Made by a program: the position numbers and the translations under genes
Shown here: positions 39,001-47,200 of the stretch, piece after piece
Layout: every line of letters starts with the position of its first letter
Numbering within the stretch: position 1 is the first letter of the stretch
From: a virus
DNA length: 64,000 bases
IMG/VR virus record: IMGVR_UViG_3300044712_001906
Coordinates: 13,883-77,882 of that record
Strand: one strand, 5' to 3'
Notes under the pieces: generated by a model
The model's database searches: none
The model's input: the letters and a program-made list of their open reading frames with translations, nothing else
Told to the model about the DNA's origin: nothing

Positions 39001-40633
39001 TGCGCCCGTCGAAGAGCTGCTGCAGCTCCCTCTTCGCCGCGGTCATGCTCTGCGGCACGGTGCTCTTTGGCGCGTGCCCGCGCTCCCACATGAGGAGGGC
39101 CGTCGCCGAGCGGAGGCCTGGCATCCAGGCCTGCTTGTGGAGCGCCGAGAAGTCGTCCGCGATCTGGGCGCCGGTGCGCTCGGGGGCGGGCTCGGGCGCT
39201 GGGGCTACCGGAGGAGGCAGGGCCGGTTCCTTCGCCTTCCGGTTCTTCGCAGCCGCCTCCCTCCGCTGCTTCAGCTCCGCCTCCGAGAGCCCCGCGCGCT
39301 TGGCGAGCCCTTCGGCACGCTCGACCTGCTTCAGCGTCCCGTGCGCGTGGGCCTCGTCGAGCACGGCGCTGGCCTTCTTCTTCGCCTCGTCCATCGCGGC
39401 CGCATGCTCGCTTCGGAGGAGCTCGGCGAGCCTCTGTTTCGTGATGACCTGTGTGGCGCCCGTCTCGTCGTGTTTGACGGTGACGTGGTCGCCCGGCGAC
39501 GCCCCGATGATGTGGTAGTGGCCCTCGCCGACACGGAACGCTGCGCCCACGACGAAGTGCTTCTCGTCCGCGACGCCTCCGCCATGGTGGACGGCGTAGA
39601 AGTACCTGTACCCGCCACCGCTCTTCGGGACGCGCTTGATGTACTTGTGCCCCGCGCCCTTGAAGAGCCGCTCGCCGACGTCAGCCGGTAGGGGAACCCA
39701 GAAGCTCACGCCGCGGCGCCCGGACATCGAAGCGGCCATGGGCTCGCGGCGGAAGATGTCGACCTGGCCAGTGCCCTGCCCGTGCATGGTGACCTCGTTG
39801 GCGTGATGGACCTTCGGCCCCTGCGGCGTGTGGACGAGGACAGCCATGCGTCCCGTCCGCTCGTGGACCCCGACCGCCTTGACCTCGTGGAGGTTGCCTT
39901 CGCGGTCTCGGATGATGGCTCCGCGCTGGAGCGCCCGGCCGTGCGGGTTCTCGTGGCGCCAGGCTATGTGGTGTGCCGGGTCGACGTACCTGCCGCCCTT
40001 CGGACCGATGAAGACCGCCTGCGGGCGCGGCTTCGCCGGTGCGGCGCCCGACTTCGCGGGCTCGCCGTCTGGCACGTGCTTCGGGGCCCCGAAGAGGTCG
40101 GCCTGCGCGGCCTTCTCGACGGAGCTCGGCCCGCCAGTCATCGCTCGAGCGCGCTCACGCCCGTCCTCGGCGACGATCTCCTGCGGGTAAACGACGGCGG
40201 CGGCGTACTGGTAGCGCTTGGCGAAGCCGTCGACCTCGTCCTCGTCTGGGCGCAGCCGGTCGCCGGAGATCGACACCGTGAGGATGACAGGCCTGCCGCC
40301 GTGCTTGGCGACGGCGCCGAGGGCGTAGGACTCGGCCGATGCCGGGCCGGTTGGCTTGGCCGTCAAGTAGACGACTGGAGCGCGCTCGGAGTCCTCGCCC
40401 GTCAGGTTGGATCGCGCGTGACAAGCGCCCAGGCCTTCCTCGAGGATGCGCGGCAGCAGGGCGGAGCTCGTGCCGTGGAAGAGGCGCACGCCCGGTTGCC
40501 CGCGGAGCTCCTCGAACGGTGGCGGGGCCATCCAGTCGATGGTGCCGCGCCAGTCGAGGTCGCCGACGTTGCGGCCGTCCTGAGGAACGAGCGTCATGCC
40601 CATCTTCTCGGGCAGGTCGATGGGCAGCGTCAT
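33023..40633 (-). CDS. Large polyvalent head protein: ART-like, SH3-like, LPD5/LPD1 zincin and DdrB-like ParB domains
   Basis: LFHGTS...ILEEGL...VYLT (ART); GDHVWGSRKDL (LPD5-like); HEWGHALD, YWASPHELFARAFE, PYPSGDER (LPD1); ARYKLMEASDLIASH...GPPLV...VLGGNSRTM (ddrB-ParB). Confidence 0.88.
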   Translation of the reverse strand: MTLPIDLPEKMGMTLVPQDGRNVGDLDWRGTIDWMAPPPFEELRGQPGVRLFHGTSSALLPRILEEGLGACHARSNLTGEDSERAPVVYLTAKPTGPASAESYALGAVAKHGGRPVILTVSISGDRLRPDEDEVDGFAKRYQYAAAVVYPQEIVAEDGRERARAMTGGPSSVEKAAQADLFGAPKHVPDGEPAKSGAAPAKPRPQAVFIGPKGGRYVDPAHHIAWRHENPHGRALQRGAIIRDREGNLHEVKAVGVHERTGRMAVLVHTPQGPKVHHANEVTMHGQGTGQVDIFRREPMAASMSGRRGVSFWVPLPADVGERLFKGAGHKYIKRVPKSGGGYRYFYAVHHGGGVADEKHFVVGAAFRVGEGHYHIIGASPGDHVTVKHDETGATQVITKQRLAELLRSEHAAAMDEAKKKASAVLDEAHAHGTLKQVERAEGLAKRAGLSEAELKQRREAAAKNRKAKEPALPPPVAPAPEPAPERTGAQIADDFSALHKQAWMPGLRSATALLMWERGHAPKSTVPQSMTAAKRELQQLFDGRTDDLAGYYGAEHPHTPTEIWRQKVEGLEHLLALTRDTVAPMAAAERGKLQAAIAEIRARKDLFTEIERRLPGNTYHADAWLSAAEWMEGHLRKLDDAPEGDDAPEAKPAPAPPPPAPAPAPDPAPAPAPTPPVEKMPRKPRQKPEGVKGLDGKIEATGDHVWGSRKDLAALATVSLDDISRLGYDDAAHIVRKSRLVEPIDLAHAKAAGMTPGTAYCAIAILSAVREKPGANKAEQMAYAEDLRQLHGALKNVRDLGDIGRLLLEMKHRRESASKYARVPGTGEYASSREASDKARALAAANKGEEYRLVYDHHVYAFTIVHKVPRPYDALGANFTRLLDKGRHLYATTEKAKELDGLVRGAPLPPAEAQAAQARGWAWMEDSQKPKEAGEKAPKVSGRQSAQEALSWRGAKRSDGEFKRVGGRPMPEGVSPERMREAFGLREVDYGKDGYMTQADRAYHTRALEAAMHDFVDVTGIDPSVVSFKGRLGIALGADGRGAAAAHYAPSRKQINITRLNGGGSVAHEWGHALDNVIAEHYLGSATSLQGTFLSHASGRSNLPPDVNAAVSAAMHAITAHPNPDAARESHRKHARTLADNTNALIQQSNDLVSEHEKIKGSTVADEAALKRAHEILALNTTKWAAERDKYQGMAAEPGLAPKRVQDFLMAAQARSYWIQREEEAVKSKRVRTPEDAARMAKLERDVESLRLSINRAKSLEKIWRDTPATATDFVKSAVRLGEGYWASPHELFARAFETYVHDTLKAGGRENGYLVAGTDKVFGTGVTVMRSDGAVAEAQPYPSGDERTRIVAAMGKLMDVLKNGGHLAKAFATSDTSTRHASLIKAVSAAIAHGHELPAQIGKALWKAGSHKYIRRVPKPGGGWRYYYHDAATAHEAREGERINLRRHGVADVVKVGEDGSVTLRDPKTGKERTLPLSALHDELHAVYRARMERGAETIARQLLASVGKLPDGAHDTADAMWKAYGDRFQAAGVDLKHAKALVDFLAQRPGWSGDAKGVLLALATHKATGREVTGAGRQIARGAENLRRTSGAKQVEPAHVVEAASSRRAIDELRPAAAADLGKLEGLLGAVEAVKGNESAVKQLLAYAKQSVESPALARLQAAAEAYPDLGKLDELERYRELQGKWHALTKHAGDETAPGTGSSTTVYVADADGSPTPQAARYKLMEASDLIASHDPTKGFKQREEYPEGVQERVYHRDKAEQEKVLRNAQKLKPDLVANTNPDAVNGPPLVTDKGIVLGGNSRTMSIQLAHEKGGDARAAYVKHLKDNAHQWGLAPEDVSQFKQPVLVRQVDVEDQGKQNLGVLVRRYNEAFTQSMDPRTDQVARARLVTPAMLQTLATGMEAKADNGEDKHATLNAYLSSADARPFVDAMQRAGIIDRRNRSQYLGKDGALNEDGKTFVERLLVGKVVPHADTLSDMPQSQIQAIARSVPHIVRSGSAGHDLSAPLVEAVQAHAYMRKHNIKSVSEFDRDQGFGDLLGGDSGGFGSKPKLSPEGKHVLNLITTRTGHVQMSDAFRKIAQHAQRNPAGQSTLMGPAKSTADVLADMLGSEKDAGKRQTGLFAGASAGAADLIKAASKKARKRAADLRAASEASGYNDPKHYQRHEALATYVDATARTHEKLAKLPDDAEIELGGEKRRVGDVKREVAESHQGFVDALAEHQARYQKPDASFVSPSADPIAPVSPAAVAPKPKGKPRPAPAPHPAIDETSGGSKAPEPAPKGAPERTPRKPRKGKAGAAPNPDGAKAPKGKGKPEPEKTKPARAKKKRTPKSAEPPKSEPEPEPEKSEPKSEQPTKAPEERDEKAPAAEPDAPTPNEEAAPEEDRAKPETVSAPDRKAGEVGMGLLRRRADAAKTSRATFDRLRATLGDKTATKEARRAAYLEFVRGVADGSITAEHLESWGIKPKIAAQEIARAQGIHEQVKAFEAEHAKATDAASTTHGGERPTGAGWQAIPGGTKGGMRKKNGAKYDYWYP

Positions 40634-41809
40634 CTAGTCCTCCGCGTCGACGGCGTGCGACGGACGCATGTTCCAGTGCTTGTCGAAGGCGAAGCCTGGC
40701 GGGACGACTTGCGTGGAGCAGCGACAGTTCGGGTGCCCGGGCCACAGCCCCGCCTGCTTGTCCTCGTCCTTCACGCCCACGCCCGTCCCGTTCTCGACGA
40801 GCCGCGCCACCGTCCAGACCTTCGGCCGCCCGCCGCCGTCGAGGTAGAGCCTCCGGCAGAGCGCGCACGCCCCCGACTCGGGGATGCGTGCGACCTGGGC
40901 GTCCGGCCCGAAGTCCCTGACCGCGGTGATCGCCACGCCCTCGTTGTGCGTCGCCTGGAGCTCCGTGCGGGCGATGCGGAGCCAGTTGCGCGTCCAGTCG
41001 CCCGTTCGGTGCCCGAGGTCGCTCGCGAGGTCCTCGGCGGTCTGCCCGGTGGCGATGGCGTCGGCCACCTCCTCGCGGATGGCCTCGCGCGTGGCGATGC
41101 GCTGGTCCTGGTCGACCTCGCTCTGGATGTCCTCGCCCTGCCAGACCTCGCGCTCGCGCGTCGCCCACTCGGTCACGTCGTTCTCGACGCGGTTGCCGAG
41201 GCCGCGCACGTACTCGGCGCCGCGCGTCCGCGCCTGGATCCACGACTCCCGTTCCTGGGGCGTCAGGTACTCCGGGGGCGCGGGGATGGGCGGCTCTCCG
41301 CCTCCTCCTCCCCCGCTCCCCCCCGGAGGGGTAGGCGGCGCAGGCGCCGATGGTCCGCCACCGTCTGCGGCCGCTGCGGGACCTCCGAGCTCCGGCGGCG
41401 CTTGCACGCGCTCGCGTAGCGCTGCCTCCGTTTGCACGGCCTGCAGCTCGTCTTCCTCGCGCCGCCGCGCGATCTCGGCGCCGACGGCCGGGAGCCAGCG
41501 CGAGAGCGGCCAAGCCCGCATCTGCTTCACGAGCGACGGGGCCGCACCGGCCATGAGCGCGCCCATGAGCAGGGCGAGCGCCCACGGGTCCATCGCAAGC
41601 TGGCTCTTCGGACCGCCTGCGCGCGCGCCACGCGAAGGTGCCGGGGCTGGCACGGCAACGGCAACGTCCACGGGCGCCTCGAGGACGCCGGCGTCGATGA
41701 GCTCGCTCATGCGCTCGGGCGTGACCGCTGACGGCCCGAAGGCCTGCACGAGCCACGCGTCGTTGTGCGCCCTGGCGATGGCTGCGGGGTCGGTGAGGGG
41801 CTCGGCCAT
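40634..41809 (-). CDS. MuF-like minor head (head morphogenesis) protein
   Basis: RIARTE, ACALC and HPNCRC motifs; ATG at 41809. Confidence 0.88.
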   Translation of the reverse strand: MAEPLTDPAAIARAHNDAWLVQAFGPSAVTPERMSELIDAGVLEAPVDVAVAVPAPAPSRGARAGGPKSQLAMDPWALALLMGALMAGAAPSLVKQMRAWPLSRWLPAVGAEIARRREEDELQAVQTEAALRERVQAPPELGGPAAAADGGGPSAPAPPTPPGGSGGGGGGEPPIPAPPEYLTPQERESWIQARTRGAEYVRGLGNRVENDVTEWATREREVWQGEDIQSEVDQDQRIATREAIREEVADAIATGQTAEDLASDLGHRTGDWTRNWLRIARTELQATHNEGVAITAVRDFGPDAQVARIPESGACALCRRLYLDGGGRPKVWTVARLVENGTGVGVKDEDKQAGLWPGHPNCRCSTQVVPPGFAFDKHWNMRPSHAVDAED

Positions 41810-42063
41810 CACGGCCTCCCCGAGCACGCCTGCCTCGTCGCCAGGATGTCCGCGCGGAGCCGCTCGGCTCTGCGCTGGTAGGCTCGCGTCATCATCGCTG
41901 CGAGCTCGTCGAGGGCGGTCACTTCGCCGCCGGCAGGCGCGCCGACGCCCTTGGCGATCGCCTCGCGCGCCGTGTAGAACGCCTCGTCGAGACGCGCGGC
42001 GACCTCGGCGGCCGTCAGGCCGTCAAGCTCGCCAGGCCTCGACTCGACGATGGCGACGCGCAT
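41809..42063 (-). CDS. Small hypothetical head-region protein
   Basis: Coupled to the MuF start; contains IAKG. Confidence 0.6.
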   Translation of the reverse strand: MRVAIVESRPGELDGLTAAEVAARLDEAFYTAREAIAKGVGAPAGGEVTALDELAAMMTRAYQRRAERLRADILATRQACSGRP

Positions 42064-42066
42064 GGG

Positions 42067-42462
42067 TCACGGCGCCGGCGGGGGCTCGGGGGCGTCGCCG
42101 AGCATGAGGATCGTGACCGCCGCGGCGGAGTCCTGCGTCGGGTTCTCGACGGTCAGCGCCTCGAAGTAGGTGGCCTCGAGGACCATCGTCGCGACGCCGC
42201 TCGCCGAGGGTCGGAGCCGGACGAGCCCTGCGTCCATGACCAGGTCGACGGCGCTGTCCGCCTCGACGAAGATCGCCTTGCAGACGCCGATGCCGCCGAG
42301 GTCGATGGTCTTGACGCCGTCCGTATCGGCGAGGTCGAGGCGCACCATCGTCGCCTCATCCCAGTCCGTGCCGGCGACGACGTCCTTGACCCGGTGGAAG
42401 ATGAGGTCCTGGAAGTTCGCGTCCTGGGCGACCTTGAGGACGAGCTCGCGCCGGTAGTACAC
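42067..42462 (-). CDS. Hypothetical beta-rich protein
   Basis: GGAGG SD; immediately after the portal. Confidence 0.65.
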   Translation of the reverse strand: MYYRRELVLKVAQDANFQDLIFHRVKDVVAGTDWDEATMVRLDLADTDGVKTIDLGGIGVCKAIFVEADSAVDLVMDAGLVRLRPSASGVATMVLEATYFEALTVENPTQDSAAAVTILMLGDAPEPPPAP

Positions 42463-42463
42463 G

Positions 42464-44083
42464 TCAGACCTCCACCATCCACGCTCGCGCCTGCGGGCGC
42501 GTCACGGGCACGCGCCTGGCGGTTGCTCCCTTGCCGAACGCAGCAGCGAAGGCGTCCGCCGCGTCGTCCACCTGTCCGCCCGTCTCGTCGTCGAGCTGCG
42601 GCGCGCCGTCAGGCCCCTGCGGCCCGGCACCTTCCGCGTCGCCACCGTCGCCCGGCTGCCCGCCACCGTCCTGCGGCGCTGCGGCCGCCTGTGCCGCCTG
42701 GAGCCACGTGGCGTTCAGAATGACCTGCCCCTTGCCGTCCGGAAGGGGCTTCATGTCGTGCTCGGCGCGGATCTCGTCGACCATCATGAAGTGCTGGCAG
42801 CGCTTGACGTCGTTCTCGAGCTTCTCCGTCTCGCTCATCGAGTCCATGCCGGCGAACTCGAGCTCGAAGTCCTCGTTGATCGGCCAGACGATGTGCTCGT
42901 TCAGCGCGTTCTGCGCCGAGCGCACGAACGGGCGGATGCCGCCTTCCTTGGAGTTGGCAATCCGGTCGCGCGGGTTCGCGCTCGCCAGCGCGTTGGTCTG
43001 GTTCTCGTTGCCGTAGACGTACCCGCTCTCGCTCGGGTCCATCAGGAACAAGGCGTGGATGATCTTGTTCAGGAAGCCGATCCAGACCGAGAACTCCATC
43101 TCGCGGTTGTTCGACGAGAGGTTGACGGCCTTCAGCTCCTCGTCCTTGCTCGGGTCGAGGCGGAGGATCGGGGTCTTCTTGGCGTTGCGCGGCCCCGAGA
43201 GCATCGCGCGCACGTACTGCGTGAACGCGGCGAAGTTCTTGGGATCCATCGCGCTCTTGAGCGTGAGGATCGTGCTGACGTGGACACCATTCGTGAAGTT
43301 CGCGTCGTTGTAGGCCGCCGCGTTCAGGTAGCTCTGGAGGACCTGCACGGCCTCGTCGAGCTCGGGGAAGCCGTAGCCGCAGACGTTGACGTCGGTCCGC
43401 GGGCGACGGACGCAGAACGCGAGCTCGTCGCCGTCGAACTGCTGGACGATGCGCCCCTGGATGACCTGCGCGAACTGGCGCTCGGACGGCGGACGGCCCG
43501 TGCTCAGGTCCTTGGGCCGAGCGATCCGAATCGTCGACCCGTCCACGGCGCGGAAGCCAGCGGGGCGGTTGCCCTTGCTGTAGAGCTTCTCGAAGCAGGC
43601 CTGGTCGTAGATGAGCGCGTCACGGCCCCAGAGCCGGAGGAAGGTCTCGAGCGAGCCGTTGCCGTGCTTGCCGCCCGTCGTCAGGACGAGCTTCGTCAGG
43701 TCTCGGATGACCTTCTGCGCCGCCCGCGTCGGATGCGCCTTGGGGTCGCGCATCTTGATGACCGTGCCGATGCCGTACCGGTTGGGCTGCGGAACGGCGA
43801 ACTCGGCGAGCTGATTGATGCGCCTGGAGATGATCGGCGCGACGACCGGCACCCGGGCCATGCGGGCGAGCGCATCGTAGGTCAGACCGATCGTGCCGTG
43901 ATGGGTCGGGTCCTGCGCGCCGAACCAGAACGCCATCTGCAGCGGGTCGAACGCCCATGCCTCGCCAGGCACGGTGGGCGGCGGCGGGACTGATGCGGAT
44001 GCGGGCGCCACGTCGCCCGGGTCCTGCCTCCGTCTGGCCTTGCCGAGGCCGAAGGCCCGCTTCGTCGCGTCCCAGAAGCCCAC
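42464..44083 (-). CDS. Portal protein (Herelleviridae-type)
   Basis: DQACFEK, AVDGSTIR, GYGFPEL, MEFSVWIGFL...LFLMDPSE; likely GTG start at 44083. Confidence 0.92.
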   Translation of the reverse strand: MGFWDATKRAFGLGKARRRQDPGDVAPASASVPPPPTVPGEAWAFDPLQMAFWFGAQDPTHHGTIGLTYDALARMARVPVVAPIISRRINQLAEFAVPQPNRYGIGTVIKMRDPKAHPTRAAQKVIRDLTKLVLTTGGKHGNGSLETFLRLWGRDALIYDQACFEKLYSKGNRPAGFRAVDGSTIRIARPKDLSTGRPPSERQFAQVIQGRIVQQFDGDELAFCVRRPRTDVNVCGYGFPELDEAVQVLQSYLNAAAYNDANFTNGVHVSTILTLKSAMDPKNFAAFTQYVRAMLSGPRNAKKTPILRLDPSKDEELKAVNLSSNNREMEFSVWIGFLNKIIHALFLMDPSESGYVYGNENQTNALASANPRDRIANSKEGGIRPFVRSAQNALNEHIVWPINEDFELEFAGMDSMSETEKLENDVKRCQHFMMVDEIRAEHDMKPLPDGKGQVILNATWLQAAQAAAAPQDGGGQPGDGGDAEGAGPQGPDGAPQLDDETGGQVDDAADAFAAAFGKGATARRVPVTRPQARAWMVEV

Positions 44084-44089
44084 GCTACA

Positions 44090-44119
44090 ACGGTGGGGCC
44101 GATGCGGCAGGGCGTTAAG
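44090..44119 (-). promoter_or_regulatory. Putative late promoter, copy 3 (CTTAACGCC-N15-CACCGT)
   Basis: Motif ends 27 nt before the portal GTG; no SD, suggesting a leaderless transcript. Confidence 0.6.
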
Positions 44120-44255
44120 GCGGCCGGGGCCGCCGCGGTCGAGCTCGTTGCTGGTCTGCTTGCCGATGCCGACCGCTATGGATGGCCCGTGGACCTCCGA
44201 GAAGCAGTCACGTTGGACGCCCGGAAGTCGTCTCGCGACGTTCCGGCTCCCGTCA

Positions 44256-47200
44256 TCACGTGGCGAAGCGCCCGTCGTCGAGCTGGCGGACCTGGCCGTT
44301 GTCGACAAGGACCGCCAGGATGTCGCCGACGTCGGCTGCGGGCGCCTGCGCGAAGGTGGCGGCCAGCGCTTCGAGCGTGAGCGGCGCGGCCGCCGTAGCT
44401 AGGACCGCTCGAACTGCGCGGACGCGCTCGAGGACGGACGACGGCCACGGTGCCGAGGACGCAGGGCTCGGTGCCGGCGCGGCCTCGTCGTCCTGGGTCT
44501 CTTCCTCAGCCGCGGGCGCTGCGTCCTCGGTGGCCGCGGCGCCGCGCTGGAAGTCGGGGCGCAGCCAGCGGACGAGGCCGCGCTTCTCCTCCTCGACCCG
44601 CTCGGCGTTCAGTGCCACGAGGCGCTCGAGGATCTCCTCGCCGGTGAGCGTGGTCGGCCAGCCGTAGGCGTCGAAGACTGCGGCGTCGAGATCGTCGTGG
44701 AGCTTCAGCAGGATCGAGCAGAGGCCCTGCTCGTGGACCTTCTTCTCCTTGGCCGTCAGGGCTTCGCCGCTCCGGAGCTTCTCGAGCACGTTGTACATGT
44801 TGGTGAGGGTCAGGTCCGGGTGCGCGGCCTGCTGGCGCTTGCGGTGGGCGTCGAGGGCCTCGGCGAGCTCGCGGATTCGGGCCTGCTGGGGCTCGGTCGC
44901 GGCGGGGAAGGGGAAGGGGTCGAAGCAACGACTCTTGGCGTAGACAGGATCGTCGCCGACTCCCAGTCGGCCGCCTGCGGCGATCGACCAGAGTATGTGT
45001 GGTCGGCCGCACAGGTTGCCCAGCACGAAGGCGTCGTCGGAGGCGACGACAACGTTCTTGTGCACACAGAGATAGGCAGACTCAATGAACTGAAAGATGC
45101 GGTGCTTCGCGGTCTCGGTCGTGGCCATGTACCGCCGGAGGCCGGAGAGTGCCCGTCGGAGTTCGGGTCGTTCCCATCCAAAGCGCCACCATAACTCGCG
45201 AATCGTCTTGCGACGGTTCTCCTTGCGCTCCGGCAGGACGTGATCCACAAGATGCTGGAGTGCACTCGCGTTCGCCTGCCGCGCCGCGTTTTCGGACATC
45301 CCCGAGAAGTCGATCACATACTGCTCGCGGCACTTCTGGAGGAGGTCCCGACCGCCAAGGAACGGTCGTATCACCCGGCCATCGCCCGCCGCTCGGAGGG
45401 CGCTGGCAACGCCAGGTTCAACGATGAATCCGGCGCCGTGCAACGCGACGCCGTTCGCCGCGCATCCCGAGTTGGCGCGAAGGGGCATCGCGGCAGCCAC
45501 GTTGGCCCCCGCCGAGAGATCAGCGTGGACGCAGTCGACCGCGCGCGGCTGAAGGATCACTGTGGATGCCCCTGCCTCGTCATGCTGTCTGCCCTCCGAG
45601 ACGACCCGCAGCAGCATTGCTGGCCCGGTGTTGGCGTCGGCGCATGTCATGGCGACGCGCACATCGGCACCATCGGTGCTGTCGACCCAAGGATGGTTCG
45701 GGACGGCCCACGCAATCCTGACCCCTGCCTCGATCTGCCGCACCAACACGCGCCGGTTGAACGTCTGCGTGATGCTGTTGGTGGTGATGAAGCCGAACCG
45801 GCGGAGCTTGCCGGCCGAGACCAGGTTGCCGGCCTCGTTCCACCAGTACATGACGAAGTCGGCGTTGTCCTCGACCTCGCCTGACCACGCCCGACGGAGG
45901 GCGTCCACGTAGCCGTCCCCGAGCGCTGCTCGCATGCGCTTCGTGCCCAGGAACGGCGGGTTGCTGACGACGTAGGCCGCGTCTGGCCACTCCGCCTTTC
46001 TCGCGTTGACGTACCTGTAGAGCGGCTTCCGCGCCGTCTCGTCCGGCACCTGCTTGCCGGTCACGGGATGGGTCTTGGTGGTCTCGCCATCCCACACCGT
46101 GACCGGCTTCCCATCCTCCCCAACCACCACCTCCTCCGCGTCGTAGGCCAGCACGGCGTCCCTGCACTCGATGTTCTTGAAGTCTCGCAGCACCGGCTCG
46201 GTGACCTGGACGCGGCCGAGCGTGCGGAAGTGCCACTGCAGGTAGCCGATCCAGAGCACGAGCTCGGCGATCGCCGCCGCGCGGGGGTTCTTCTCGATGC
46301 CGAGGAACTGGTGCGGGTCGACCGTCTGGCCCCGCAGCTCAAGCGTCTCCTGGGCCGCATCGAGGTCAGCGAGCGCCTCGAGCACCTCGCCCTCGAGCCG
46401 CTTCATGTGCTCGAGGGTGACGTAGAGGAAGTTCCCCGTCCCGCAGGCCGGGTCGAGGACGCGGAGGCTCGTGAGCTCCCGGCGGAAGTCGGAGATGAGC
46501 TTGACCGCCTCCTCCTGCTTCTTCCCGGCGGCGCGAAACGTCTTAGCCTTCGTGCCCTTGAGCGCGAGCGCCGCCGCCTTGACGGACTGCCACTCCTCGC
46601 GCAGCGGCTCGATGACGGTCGGGAAGACGAGTCGCTCCACATACGCGCGCGGGGTGAAGTGGGCGCCGAGGGCGTGGCGCTCGGCCGGGTCGAGGGCGCG
46701 CTCGAGGAGCGTCCCGAAAATGGCCGGCTCGACATGGCTCCAGTCGGTCCGGGCCGCGTCGATGAGTAGATCGATCTGTGGGGTCGAGAGCTGGATGGCC
46801 GTCGCATCCTTGAAGAAGCGCCCGTTGAACCGCAGGAGCTTCGTCCGGAGGGACGGCGAGAAGCCGCCGCGATCCATCTCGTGCCAGAGCGACTCGAGCA
46901 TGCTCGCGAGGGCCGCGGGCTCCGAGCGCATGTCCGTCAGGAGCTTGGTGAAGCTGTCCTTCGGGATGAGCCCGACGTCCTCGGCGAACATCGTGAAGAG
47001 GCACCGCATGAGGAAGTCGGCCACGAGCTGCGGGTGATGCCGCGCCGCCTCGAGCGACTTGGCGAGGGCCGCGAGGCGTGCGGCGATCTTCTGGGTCACC
47101 TCGGCGGCGTAGCGGCCCGGGTCGAGCGTCATCGGCTCGGTCCAGACGCGTCGCAGTCGGTTCGCGATGGCGGGGTCGGCGAGATCCTCGAGGGCGAAGC

